This document shows positions 11,857 to 23,645 of a stretch of 64,000 nt of DNA, piece after piece (position 1 is the first letter of the stretch; the number at the start of each line of letters is the position of its first letter). A program made the position numbers and the translations under genes. The notes under the pieces are model-generated. The model did not search any database, was not told where the DNA came from, and was given only the letters and a program-made list of their open reading frames with translations. The DNA comes from an uncultured Methanosarcinaceae archaeon (GTDB lineage: Archaea > Halobacteriota > Methanosarcinia > Methanosarcinales > Methanosarcinaceae), in the NCBI GenBank assembly GCA_963733675.1, contig CAVTET010000001.1, forward strand, positions 288,001 through 352,000, read 5' to 3'.

Positions 11857-12902
11857 TCTGGCTTTTTAAAAAAATCAGTGAAAACCTTCACAATTAGGAA
11901 AGTTAATTATTTTCATTAGAAATAAAATAGCTGGCCAATAGTTCAAACAAAGTTATGGAAAGTAACGTTAAGGATATACACAGGTTCTACAATAAAACTT
12001 CAACATCAATGGGAAAATAAGAAACAAAATGTTTGTCAGTAAAACTATTGACTTTTCATTAATTATAATGAAGGGCAAAATAATAAGTAATCTGGAAGAC
12101 TCAAAATGAAATAGGGCAATATCAATTACCTTAAAGGATGTCATTATTGCCCTGAAAATTAGGAGACTAACCCCTTTAAATTATGCATGGAGACTATATT
12201 TATCAACATGAAGTTAACATCAATAAAATATTGTTTGTGCAGTTAGTGAGATGATCAATCCGATGCTTTTAAGCTTATTTTTCCCTAACTGATTAACTCA
12301 TTCTGCCAATAGGCTGATCAATTTCTGTTTTTCATTGGGAAGAAACAGATATAGAATCAATCATATTTACAAAACTTTCGGTACGCTGCCAGATCTATAT
12401 AATTATTTTTCTCCTTATATTTCTATTTATAACTGTTATTTAGGTTAATTAATTCCAAGTGTTCCGCGAGCTCCATATGCTCTATTAGTTTCATAAGTTC
12501 CATTAGTAATAGATCAGCAACGTTTTCTTATTCTGGATGGAACTTAGGAAATTCAGAGCTTTGGATACAAAAGACAACATATACATGAAGGTACTGTACT
12601 GGCCTGCTATTACAGGAATTATGTTATTGATTACATTCTTGAATTTTTATTGATAGGTATTTGATATCTTAATTTTCTTCATTTTAATGCAGAAATGCGC
12701 TTTTTTAAACTTGTGGATTCATTCGTGAACTTCCATACATTTATTTTTTTATTAATCTAATAATCTTAATATAAAAAGAAAATGTTATTAATTATTGCTG
12801 TTCAGTAACAAAGATACTTGTCTTTTTACTAGCAGGCCAGTTAAGTTTTGTTTCAATACTAGTCTATATATTTATTAAGGTGAATAAAAAGGAGATAATA
12901 AG

Positions 12903-13223
12903 ATGTTAAAACAGATGAAAAAGACACTAGGTATTGTGCTAGCAGTTTGTTTTTTAATGTCCGTGACCGTTGCAGCAGTAAGCGCAGAACCTATTGTGGC
13001 TAAGGAGAAGAAAGTCGTGGCTATTGATAAAGAAACTGGACAGAAGATAGCTGCGAAAGGAGTGGCCGTGAAGAGTGAAACTGGCCAGAAGATGGTAGCT
13101 GGGAAAGGAGTGGCTGTTAATAGTAAAACTGGTAAGAACATAGCTTCTAAAGGCGTAGCCATGGATAGTGTAACTGGAAAGAAAATAGTAGCCACGAAAA
13201 AGGTGGTCATAAAAAACGATTAA
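12903..13223 (+). CDS. Small secreted repeat protein (MLKQ leader; four VAxxxxTGxK repeats)
   Basis: RBS AGGAG; signal-like MLKQMKKTLGIVLAVCFLMSVTVAAVSA; 15-16 aa repeats. Confidence 0.8.
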   Translation: MLKQMKKTLGIVLAVCFLMSVTVAAVSAEPIVAKEKKVVAIDKETGQKIAAKGVAVKSETGQKMVAGKGVAVNSKTGKNIASKGVAMDSVTGKKIVATKKVVIKND

Positions 13224-13332
13224 GATCAGGCAATTAATAGCTGAATCGGCAAAGACCTGACAGATCTGTTTATTGAAATTCTCTATATTTAACATGTTAT
13301 TAATTTAAACAGTATACACGGAGTGAAATCAA

Positions 13333-13676
13333 ATGTTGAAACAATCATTTAGAATGAAAAAGTAATTGCCATTTTACTGGCAGTACTATTTGTAACATCT
13401 TTGACAGCAATGGCAGCTGTTGCTGGCCATCACGGAGGCCACCACGGCGGCTATGGCGGCTATGGTGGCTGTAGATTACCCATTTGTGCACCACCTGTCC
13501 AACCTGTCATAACATATGCTGACCAAGTTGTCAACAAACCTGTCACAACAATGAAAAAACGAGTTGTCGAAGTACCTGTCACAACAATGGTCGATAAGTG
13601 TGTCGACGTGCCTGTCACAACAATAGTCTCAGAAGTTGTCAAAGTACCTGTTTGTGGACTTGCCCCGGTTTGCTGA
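13333..13676 (+). pseudogene. Small secreted Gly/His-rich, VPV-repeat protein with a frameshift in the leader
   Basis: GGAGTG RBS; MLKQSFRMK(K)VIAILLAVLFVTSLTAMAAVA needs one extra A in the A5 run near 13357; the rest is an open frame to 13676. Confidence 0.7.
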
Positions 13677-14602
13677 ATACCGTAACTCTGAGTACCACTG
13701 CACGACATAATAGCACGAAGGCTAACAAGAATTATAAAATAGTAGATTAAATGTAGATAAGAGTCTTACTGCTTAAGTAAGCTTGTTCGATCCGATATAA
13801 AAAAACGTCATTGACTGCAGAGTGAGACTCTTAATTTTTTTATTATTTATATCTATTTGACAGTATTTGCTTGAAAATACAATTGATTTTTTGGTTCAAT
13901 TCCTTGTTTGAAACACAAATGTAGACTTTGCTTGCCTGTTTGTTAATTATTATTCGTTGAAATTTATATTACTTTTTAAGCGACTTTCATACTGAGAAAA
14001 TAGATGGCATTATTTATATTCATCTGCAGAAAGCGGAATAGTTACTAATTTTTAGCCTTGATTCACAAATATTTCACTTACTTTCATTACAAAACAGGCT
14101 TTATTGTTTTCACTTATGCATAGATTTTATAGCATAAACTATATATTAATGCGTTCGGGAAATTTCAACCGTTAATTGAAGCAGTTAAAAACTTGCTGAA
14201 CTCAGCTTCTAATAAGTGAATGCAGACCTTTTTACTTCAATGTTTATGCTCTCTTAAACTGACTCCCAGCTTCCTTTCCGTAGTCTATATGCAATCTTTA
14301 GACGAAATATAATCCAAAAACCTGCTGGAGGCTTTATAATGTATATTTTTTCAGATTATTACATGCTCATAAAGGTGTAAATTTCCTCAAAGAATGTATT
14401 AAAATTTAATCAATTTCTATAATATGGTCAAATATATAAATTAACAGAAAGATTAGGATAGGATTCCCGCGAAGAAAAAATTAAAGGTAATTCTGAATCC
14501 ACTAAAGTGTATATGTAATATAGCATAACCAAATATAATTGAAACACCATAATTTTGGATCATCACAAAATACTATTACTATCCCCCCAATTAATTACTT
14601 AG

Positions 14603-15544
14603 ATGATCATAGGCGTAATGGGGCCTGAAGGTTCATACTCAGAAAAAGCTGCAAAGTTGTGGATTCTAAAATGTGGCTTAATTGACGCAGAAATTCAATA
14701 TTTTGCAGACATAGAGGATGCATTTTTGGCGGTAGTTCAAGGAAAATCAGATATTTCAATAGTACCAATAGAGAATTCTATTGAAGGCTCAGTAGGTATC
14801 ACTCTTGACCTTTTTCTCGAAAACGAAGCTTTAATAGTTGGAGAAATTGTTGTTAAAATCGAACACTGTTTGCTTTCTAAAGGTAGGCTTGAGAATGTTA
14901 GGATCATTCTTTCACATCCACAGGGGCTTGCTCAGTGTAGAAACTTCCTGAAAAAATATCTCCCTCAGGCCGAACTTCGGAGCACAGGCAGTACTTCCCA
15001 TGCAGCCAAACTTGCAGGAGAGTTCGAAGAAATGGCAGCAATAGCATCACCTGAGGCTGCAGAGTGTTATGGGCTGAAAATTCTTCTTTCAAACATTCAA
15101 GACCAGAACGAAAACTACACTCGTTTCATTGTTTTGAAAGCTGGGGAAGCCGCGTCATTTGAGCAGGTTCAATATGCTTCAAATGCCAAAAGGAAATTAC
15201 AGTTAGGACTGGAATCAGGGTCTGAGTTCCAGTATGAACGTGGGATAGAAGCCGAGGAGTTTAGCCTTTCAGCTTGCAAAACTTCCCTGATCGTATATCT
15301 TGAAAAAAATAGACATGGGGCTTTATATGATATCCTTGGGGTTTTTGCAAAAAGAAAAATTAATCTGACAAAGATTGAGTCAAGGCCCTCGAGAAAGGGC
15401 CTCGGAGATTACTACTTCTATATCGACTTTGAAGGGTATTCTAACAACGCGGTTATAAAAGATGCCTTAGAGGAAACGAAAACTAAAGTTGATACTTTAA
15501 AATTACTAGGTTCTTATCCTACTTTTAAGAGACCCAATTCTTAG
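14603..15544 (+). CDS. pheA: Prephenate dehydratase
   Basis: GPEGSYSE, VPIENSIEGSV, SHPQGLAQC, NYTRF, ACT domain INLTKIESRPS. Confidence 0.95.
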   Translation: MIIGVMGPEGSYSEKAAKLWILKCGLIDAEIQYFADIEDAFLAVVQGKSDISIVPIENSIEGSVGITLDLFLENEALIVGEIVVKIEHCLLSKGRLENVRIILSHPQGLAQCRNFLKKYLPQAELRSTGSTSHAAKLAGEFEEMAAIASPEAAECYGLKILLSNIQDQNENYTRFIVLKAGEAASFEQVQYASNAKRKLQLGLESGSEFQYERGIEAEEFSLSACKTSLIVYLEKNRHGALYDILGVFAKRKINLTKIESRPSRKGLGDYYFYIDFEGYSNNAVIKDALEETKTKVDTLKLLGSYPTFKRPNS

Positions 15545-15903
15545 CCTGGAAACGATGGTTTATACTGAACATTTTATCTCATTTCTCATAAATTTCTAAA
15601 ATTTGGAGAGTTCCCACTTAAAAATCAAGTTTTTGAGACCAAAATTTACTCAAAAATAGCTTTAGCCATCTAAAAAGCATATTTTCATGATTTCCATTTT
15701 TTTTACTTAATACTGCAAGATGTAACAGGAAGAACACAAAAATTTATCTTCAGCCTCTTGTTGTCTAATGGAATCGTATCTTAAAGGAAATTGGTTCATC
15801 TTTTTTTATATAATTTCCAGCTTAAATCGTATGCGTGTTTCAATCATAAAAATTTAAAATTGAGTGCCTTAAAAATTCACTATTTTAGAGGATTTTCGAT
15901 TTA

Positions 15904-16774
15904 GAGCCTATCCGAAAAATAATATACTTCCAATTTAAGATCATGTGTGGTAATGACAAAACGGAAAATTGTTCAGGACTACAAAATTTCTGAAGATTAT
16001 TGGGGAAAAATAGAACCTTTACTACCTGTACCTCAGCCAAAAAAGAAGTCTTGAAGACCTAGAAAGGGTGATAGGAAAATAATGAGTGGCATTTTCCGTC
16101 TCCTCTTTACTGGTTGCCAATGGAAAGCATTGCCCCGATTTTATGGAGCTTGAAGCACTGTACATGATCGATTTCAGAAATGGCAATTATCAGGCTTATT
16201 TGAGAGCATGTGGCTGGCTGGTCTTGTCGAGTATGATTTCGAAAAAGGATTAGAATGGGAATGACAATCAATTGATGGTGCTATGACAAAAGCACCATTA
16301 GTTGGAGCTGGAACAGGAGCCAATCCTACTGATCGTGGCAAAAAAGGTACAAAAAGGATTGTTTTAACTGATGGTAAAGGCATATCACTTTCTGTTGTCG
16401 TTGATGGAGCCAATCGTCACGATAAAAAGCTTGTAAAAAGGACTTTAGACGCCATATTCTTTGAAAGATCTTCTCCAGAAGACATAATTCAGAATATGTG
16501 CATGGATAAGGGTTATGATTTCACAGATATCAGAAAATTGGTTGAAGACTATGGTTATACTGCGCATATCAAAAGTCGTGGAGAAGAAAACATAAGAAGA
16601 GAAATACCTGGTTTTAGGGCAAGAAGATGGATTGTAGAAAGGACACATTCTTGGCTGAATAGATTCAGAAGACTCCTTATAAGATGGGAAAAGAAAATTG
16701 AAAATTACCTTGCTATCCTACATTTAGCGTGCGCATTGATAACATTCAGATCAGCAGGACTTTTCGGATAGCTC
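15904..16774 (+). mobile_element. IS5-family element (copy 1), transposase with in-frame stops
   Basis: IRs GAGCCTATCCGAAAA/TTTTCGGATAGCTC, TTA target duplication; SIDG, DKGYD, RWIVERTHSWL. Confidence 0.92.
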
Positions 16775-17511
16775 TTAAGCACAAAAGGTTATGTGCTTAC
16801 TGCTGTTAGGAACATTAAAAACAAACTGCTGGTAAAATAACCAGTTTTTTTCCATTTGTTCTAACATTTTTTGCTTTACTTTCATTCATTTAAATGAATA
16901 TTAGTATTTGCTTATCTGATGTAATATGATTTAGCTGAATATATTAAGAATTGATATACTATAATTTAATATATTTTAAGTTCTATATTTTACATATTAT
17001 ATGTGTAATTATACTATAGAGGATTTTGATAAACCCAAATTTTTAGTTGGTTGCCTATATAATTGGAGGTTTATCGAAATTCTCTACCATTACTCCAATA
17101 CTTACGCATCTGACAGTTCATCCCTCATCCTATATCTATTGGCTTTAAGCTACAATGTACAATTACTCTAATATTTATTTTAATTAATTATACAAAAACG
17201 ATAGTTTTTAAATAAAACTCACTTCCCAAAAAATGTTTTAAGATCAAATAATAATTTTATATTAGTGATGCTTTCATTATTTTTGGGGATTTCATAACTT
17301 TAGGATTGAGTTTTTTCCTAAAAAAACAATCCACATGATGCTTGGCTAAATTCCAGGTTTTAATAGTCAGACAATAGTTATTATCAACACCATGGGATTA
17401 AAATAAAAATTTTTATATATTGTATCGTGTCCTTAGTTCTTTTAACAAATCTAAAAAAATGATTTTCGAGCTTTTATCAGCTACTACGACGTTAATTGGA
17501 GTCAGTGTGAG

Positions 17512-20500
17512 ATGAATAAAAACGTAAGAAAATCTGGCATTGATATTATTGGAGACGTTCCATGAGAAACACACTTTTGCCAATTTTATCAAACCCAAGA
17601 AGATTTGATGGAAACCTTGGTACCCTATTTTAGAACAGGGTTGGAAAATAACGAGCTTTGTATATGGGTCACATCAGAACCCTTAGATGCGGAAGAGGCA
17701 AAAAAATCCATGAGAAAGGCTATTCCTTATTTTAATACTTATCTTGAAAATGGACAAATAGAAATTATTCCTTACACTTATGTGACAAATGGTGTTTTAG
17801 ACACTAAGAAAATCTTGAGCGGGTGGTTTGAGAAAATCGATCCGATCCTCGCTACTGGATATGATGGCTTGAGGTTGAGCATAAACGCTTTTTGGCTGGG
17901 GAACAAAAATTGGAATGATTGCATTAAATATGGGAAAAAATAGATAGATCCACCGGTAAACAGAGGATAATTTTTTGTACCTATTTCCTGGATAGATGCA
18001 ACGCAACCGAGATTATTGAAGTATCCTCCTACCATCAATTTTCTTTGATCAAAAAGGAAGGTAAATTGGAGAACATAACTAATCTTTGGTGGAAGAAAGC
18101 TGAAGAAGCAGCTCTTCGATCCATAAAAGATTGGGAAAATACCTTTGATTCTATCCCAGACCTGATAGCCATAGTCGACGACAAATATCGATTTATTCGT
18201 GTAAACAAGGCAATGGCGACAAGATTGGGGATGATACCAGAAGATTGTGTAGGATTAACTTGTTATAGTGTTGTACATGGGGCATATGCCCCCCTCTTTT
18301 TGTCCATACCAGCAGTTGCTTAAGGACAAGTTTGAGCATATTAATAAAGTTCACGAAGAGGCATTGGGCGGCTATTTCCTAGTAAGTGTCTCACCACTGT
18401 ATGATTATGACGAGAAACTTATTGGATGTATCCATGTTGCTCGTGATATCAATGAATGCAAACAAGCTGAAAAGGCGTTGCAGGAGAGCGAGGAGAGATT
18501 CCGTTCAGCTTTTGATGAAAGTGCAGTCGGTATGGCATTAGTTGCTCCAGATAGTCTACTCTTGAGGGTTAATGATGCTTTCTGTCGATTGCTCGGGTTC
18601 AAAGACTATGAACTTAAAGGCCGTTCATTTCTTGATTTCAGTCACCCGGACGATGTGCCTATAAGCTTATTGGCTCACAAGGCAGTCTTTAATAAAGAGA
18701 GACCGTTTTTGTGGCTTGAGAAGCGGTAATCTCAATAAGGATGGACAAATTATTTGGTGTGAAGTGAGTTCTTCCCCGGTATTTGATTCTAAAGGCTGCA
18801 TGATCTATACGGTCGCTCATATCCAAGATATCACTGAGCGCAAAAAAGCAGAAGAAATTATTAGATTGTCAAATATTTATAATCGCAGCTTAATTGAAGC
18901 TAGCTTGGATCCTTTAGTAACCATGGGTATGATGGTAAAATTACTGATGTAAATGAAGCTACAGAAAAGGTCACTGGTTATTCAAGGGGTGAACTCATTG
19001 GCACCAACTTTACGAACTATTTCACTGAGCCTGAGAAAGCCGAAAAAGGGTATCAAGGAGTGTTCAAGGAAGGATTTGTGTCGAACTATGAGCTTGAAAT
19101 TCAGCACAGGAGTGGAAAAATTACACCTGTTTTATACAACGCTTCAATTTACAAGGACGAATTTGGTGAGATTATTGGTGTTTTTGCTGCAGCACGTGAT
19201 ATTACTGAACGCAAGCGAAATGAGCAGGAGTTATTTAACACTAAAGAGTCTTTGGAAGCACTCCTGAAGGCATTGCCTATGGGAATCAGCTTCTCAAATG
19301 ATCCGACCTGCCAGATTGTTACTGGGAACCCTGCATTATTGACTCAGTTCGAGGGTGGTACAGAAGACAATATATCAGCCTTTGCGCCAAAAGACGAGGC
19401 ACTCGGTCGACAAGTACGTTTTTTCTTGGACGGTAGGCAGATCGGTGATAGGGAGCATCCTATGCAGCGAGCCGTCGCCGAGAACAGGGTGATTCCACCC
19501 ATGGAACTAGAGGTACAGCTGCCTAGTGGACGGTGTTGGTTTACAGAAATCTCTGGGGCACCCATACACGACATGGAAGGCAACGTTGTCGGCGGCGTTG
19601 CCATAACCGTGGATATTACACAGCGAAAAAAAGCAGAAGCTAAGTTGAAAGAAACACTCGACAATTTAGAAAACTTAATTAAAAACGTACAAATGAACTT
19701 GAAGAAGCTTGTATATCATTGAGAAAAAGTAAGGAGGGTCTTTCTGAAGCTCAAAGAATAGCTCACCTTGGAAATTGGAATTGGGATATTGTAACAAATA
19801 GATTATTTTTGTCAGATGAAGTTTACCGTGTTTTTGGACGCACTCCTCAAGAACTTGTAAGTTACGAAGATTTTATCAACTATTTGTATCCAGAGGACAA
19901 AGGCTATGTAAAGAATGCCACTAAAAGAGCTTTAAAAGGAGAGCCCTATAACATTGATCATAGAATTATTTTAGCCAATGGAGAAGAACGTATAGCCAAT
20001 GAGCAAGATGAAGTTGTTTTTGATGAAAAAGGTCTTCCTATTCGAATGGAAGGGACAGTCCAGGATATTACGAAGCGTAAAGAAATTGAAGAAGCTCTGA
20101 TAAATGTTCAGAAATCCCGCAAAAAGGAAATTCACCATAGGATTAAAAATAATCTTCAGGTTATCTCATCCTTTCTTGATCTTCAAGCTGAAAAGTTCAG
20201 AGGCAGAAAGAATATAAAGGACTACGAAATCCTAGAAGCCTTCAGAGAAAGCCAAGATAGAGTGAGATCTATGGCTCTTATTCATGAGGAACTATATGAT
20301 GGTAGAGGAAGCGACACAGTGGATTTCTCATCATACCTTGCGAAACTTGTTGAGAACCTTTTTCAGATATATAGACTCGGAAATACCGATGTCAGCTTCC
20401 ATATGGAGATCTGGAAGAGAACCTTTTCTTTGATATGGATACTGCTGTCCCATTGGGAATGATTATTAATGAACTCGTTTCCAATTCTCTCAAATATGCA

Positions 20501-20770
20501 TTTTCCGGCAGAGTTAAGGGAGAAATTCGAATCAAACTTCGTAGAGAAGGGCACAAAAAAGATAGTTTTAATGGCACCTGTTTTACTCTAGAGGTCACAG
20601 ACAACGGCGTTGGCATTCCTGAGACCATTGAAATTGAAACTCTTAATAGTCTCGGATTTCAGCTGGTAACCATCCTTGTAGACCAATTAGATGGGAAACT
20701 TGACTTAAATAGGGACAATGGGATGAAATTCGCGATGAGATTTACGTTAAACGAAAATGAACGAGCATAA
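17512..20770 (+). pseudogene. MEDS + multi-PAS sensor histidine kinase (HisKA_2/HATPase), multiply frameshifted
   Basis: RKSGIDIIGDVP*ETHFCQFY, PAS/PAC DITERK motifs, EIHHRIKNNLQVI, NELVSNSLKYAF, DNGVG, spread over many frames. Confidence 0.9.
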
Positions 20771-21229
20771 ATAATATCCTATGCGTAGTTTTTTTTGTGT
20801 TAAAATATATAAATTTCCAAAGTTCTACACGAAATAAGAATAAATTGTTGATCTATGACTCATGGAGCTTATGGGACTCATAAAGCATATTTAGCTCATG
20901 GAATTTTTTAATTTGAAAACGTTTTGACCTTCAGCGATATAGGAAATATAGAGTTAGTATTGACAAAAAAGTTGAGATAAGCTCAAAATCATAATTATCT
21001 ACAGGATTTGAATAGTTGAATTGAAATCAGTAGCATTAGAACCTTGAATTGTCTGAAACATAGTTTAGCTATAAAGTCAATTATATGTGATTTTTTCACC
21101 GCAAATATGTAAACTTACAGATAGACAAGGAATTTTACGAGCTGAAAAACAACTCTAAATGGTAAATAATATATAGGAATCCTATTAAGTACTTTTCTTA
21201 TAAGATAAATTCATTAGGAGGAATTAAAT

Positions 21230-21460
21230 ATAGCTGATAAGTCAGATAAAGTTGTTGAAAGTGTTCTCGGACCTTATTATTGTGATTATGAATGTATAGC
21301 ATGTCAGTTATGTGTGGATACTGCACCAACGAACTTCAAAATGAATGATGATAATTCAAATTCCTACGTATATAAGCAGCCTGAAAACGACGAGGAAAAA
21401 AAAGCTTGTGAAGAGGCATTAGAAAACTGTCCTGTTGACGCGATAGGAAACGATGGCTAA
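21230..21460 (+). CDS. Monocluster ferredoxin with an ATA start (absent from the ORF track)
   Basis: AGGAGG RBS, then (I)ADKSDKVVESVLGPYYCDYECIACQLCVDTAP...CEEALENCPVDAIGNDG*. Confidence 0.8.
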   Translation: MADKSDKVVESVLGPYYCDYECIACQLCVDTAPTNFKMNDDNSNSYVYKQPENDEEKKACEEALENCPVDAIGNDG

Positions 21461-21999
21461 AAATAATTATTTTTAATATACAGTTTCTTTAATTTTATTC
21501 ATTGATGATTTAGGATGATCCATCAATAATGAATTAATATTTATCCAGAAAAGTCTCATACCTGTTCTCTATATTCCATTTTCTACACAGTTCATTTTTT
21601 ATTTTTCTATGCAGGTAAGCTTAGAAAACTAGTATATTTGAACAAAGTGTATTCTATGATGAAATATCAATAAGCTAATTTGGAACTACAGAAAACGAAT
21701 ATTATATAAAATTAATCTATATTTCTTTTTAGGAAAACGACAAATATTAAATTTATGAAGATTTCCTGGAGTAGTATATACAGAATTAATATTAAATTGT
21801 TGTCTGATTTTAAAATATTTTGTGATGAAGTAACTTTTATTCAGAAATTATTTTTCGCACAATTAAATAAAAATAGCTAAGCTAATTAAGATATATTTAA
21901 TGAAAATTAATCGGTTAAAAAAGTGAGAAATAACCGGTAGATATGTAGATAAAAAATTGTTTAGAAGTCGTTGGTCCTATTTATCCGAGACTTGTATCT

Positions 22000-22926
22000 G
22001 GATTACATGACTTACGAACACTATAATGTTTCTGGATGTAAGAGAAAAGATGGGTGATTTTGATGTTTTACATGGGCACGATTGGCATCCAATAATTGTC
22101 CTCTGAAGGATTAAAGCTCAGTTAGAGCTGTCCTTTGTGTTAACTTTTCACAGCACTGAATGGGGACGTAATGGAAATATTTACGGGGACTTGTGGGAGG
22201 CTAAGGAAATATCTCATAGGGAGTGGCTCGGAGGGTACGAATGTTCTGCTGTGATTACGACCTCGGCAATATTGAAGAAAGAAATTCAGCAAATTTATAC
22301 AATTCCAGATTACAAGTTTTGGGAGATTCCTAATGGCATAAATGTGGGGAAAATAAACAGGAAAATTTATCCAGGAAGTATAAAAAGGCGCCATGGCCTC
22401 CATCAATATCTCACAGTAGTGCTTTTCATGGGGAGGATGGCATATCAGAAGGGGCCTGACTTGTTGGTTGAAGCCGCGGCAAGGGTCTTGAAAAAAATAA
22501 TGCACAATTTGTAATCATTGGAGAGGGTAGAATGCGCTCTCACTGTGAATATCAAGCTAAGAAGCTTGGGATTGGTAATTCCTGCAATTTCCTTGGGTAT
22601 GCTCCGGATGAGATCGTGATAGACTGGTTTAATTCCTGTGACCTTGTTTGTGTACCTAGCAGAAATGAACCCTTCGGAATTGTTGTGCTTGAAGCCTGGG
22701 ACGCAAGGAAACCGGTAGTTGCAAGCTATGCAGTAGCACTTGTGGATAACTTCAAAACAGGTGTTATTACTCATAAAGAATCCTCTTCTATTGCCTGGGG
22801 ACTCAATTATGTCCTTGAAGGACTTGGACGTAACAGAATGGGGAAAACGGGCATGATCTTCTCAAAAAGAGATATAACTGAAAAACAATATCTGAAAAGA
22901 CCTTCGGAGTATATGAAAAAGTAATT
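22000..22926 (+). pseudogene. GT4 glycosyltransferase (glycogen-synthase-like), degraded
   Basis: FDVLHGHDWH, TFHSTEWGRNG, GRMAYQKGPDLL, VPSRNEPFGIVVLEAW in different frames; 5' part missing; start approximate. Confidence 0.85.
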
Positions 22927-23310
22927 GAAAAAAAAATCATGTAATGTAAACTGATATAAGGACAAACTCAAATGAAGAAGTTTATGTGAGAAATAAGCCT
23001 GAAGTAAAATTTAATAATTGATCTGATTAGGTGTTTTTCTGACATCTTCAAGTACATACTTTTTTCTACTAAACTTAAATGCGAGGTTGGACTAAGGAAA
23101 GCCCTACAAAAAAGACATAAAGATTATTAGATTAGCTTTTTTCGTATGCTATGCTTTTTTATTCCGATGTTATAAAACTTCGAGCAACTTAAGCCGCAAT
23201 AATTATGTTTGCAACTACAATTGATTTTAAAAAATGTAATTAATTAGTGAATTAACTATAGTTATTCTAACCACATCTTAAAAGTTCAATAGAGAACATG
23301 AGAACCAATC

Positions 23311-23428
23311 TAGGACTTACGCGGTTGAACTCGAAAATCAATAGCATTAAACCTTCAATTGTCTAAAATGCAAACTTAAAAGCAGTGTTTATTGTGCTTT
23401 ATTTTGTACTTCAAGTGCATAAGTCCTA
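23311..23428. mobile_element. MITE of about 120 bp (AGGACTTACGC family)
   Basis: Termini TAGGACTTACGC...TGCATAAGTCCTA; related copies near 21002, 24827, 25965, 53593, 54712 and 62883. Confidence 0.75.
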
Positions 23429-23645
23429 TACTATTTATTGTAATGGAATGGTAATAAAAAAGAAGAGTAAAGGGGGGATAGAACAAATTTTACAGAAAAT
23501 TATACGCGCTATCGACAAATCAAGATTCAGATGCTTATGGATTTAAATAGCTAATTCCCAAGACAGAAGATTTCACAAAACAATAAATATCTATATTATT
23601 GTTTTAGCTAAGTTAAAATTTTTTAGAAGAACAAACCTATAATGG

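Noticed and set aside
13500-13650. 36-bp periodic repeats as a possible CRISPR array
   Set aside because: These are codon-phased coding repeats with no spacers and no cas genes.
15140-15275. Insertion of about 40 aa between the PDT and ACT domains of PheA
   Set aside because: No intein motifs; it looks like a variable linker.
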